From positions 930,001-994,000 of the forward strand of contig RSEE01000002.1 of assembly GCA_003971905.1 (NCBI GenBank): a DNA stretch of 64,000 bases. The letters run 5' to 3'. The position numbers and the translations under genes were made by a program. The notes under the pieces were generated by a model. It worked only from the letters and a program-made list of their open reading frames with translations. It had not been told where the DNA came from and did no database searches. This document shows positions 63,861 through 64,000 of the stretch, in pieces (position 1 is the first letter of the stretch; every line of letters starts with the position of its first letter). The DNA is from Moniliella sp. 'wahieum' (taxonomy: Eukaryota).

Positions 63861-64000
63861 TAGAAACAGTATTTAAAAGCAGTTCAAAACTACGGCTGTT
63901 CAGTTCAAAAGAAACACTCAGACGTTCAGGTGTATCAATGCGTTAATATATGCCACTCAGCATTCGATTAGCAGAGGTAAACACCTTGCATTTTTATCGT

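Overview
GC-rich, intron-containing fungal DNA, most likely a basidiomycete (Ustilaginomycotina-like by inference), from an assembly with many homopolymer frameshifts. From 1 to 44 kb it is gene-dense: SEM1/DSS1, a Zn2Cys6 factor, a histidine phosphatase, a C2H2 factor, MIX23, a RhoGEF, a WBP2-like protein, UTP14, an SR protein, an RBM26-like protein, eIF5A, PRPP synthetase, a GT15 mannosyltransferase, a Ysc84-domain protein and White Collar-1. From 45 to 64 kb it is gene-poor, with a near full-length CRE/Cnl1/MoTeR-like RLE non-LTR retrotransposon, a decayed Ty3/gypsy chromovirus and a five-exon velvet gene missed by the ORF track. Six further fragments of the RLE element are scattered across the window. 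Three observations stand out. (1) Promoter-side intergenic DNA follows a 7-bp grammar, TNA-(4-bp palindrome)-TNA, with many different cores in phase. (2) The retrotransposon 5' end carries twin GNA-triloop hairpins on the cDNA strand. (3) The element has no telomeric flanks or poly(A) tail and appears to insert at a TAGA(G/A)A motif, with 8-bp target duplications at two copies.
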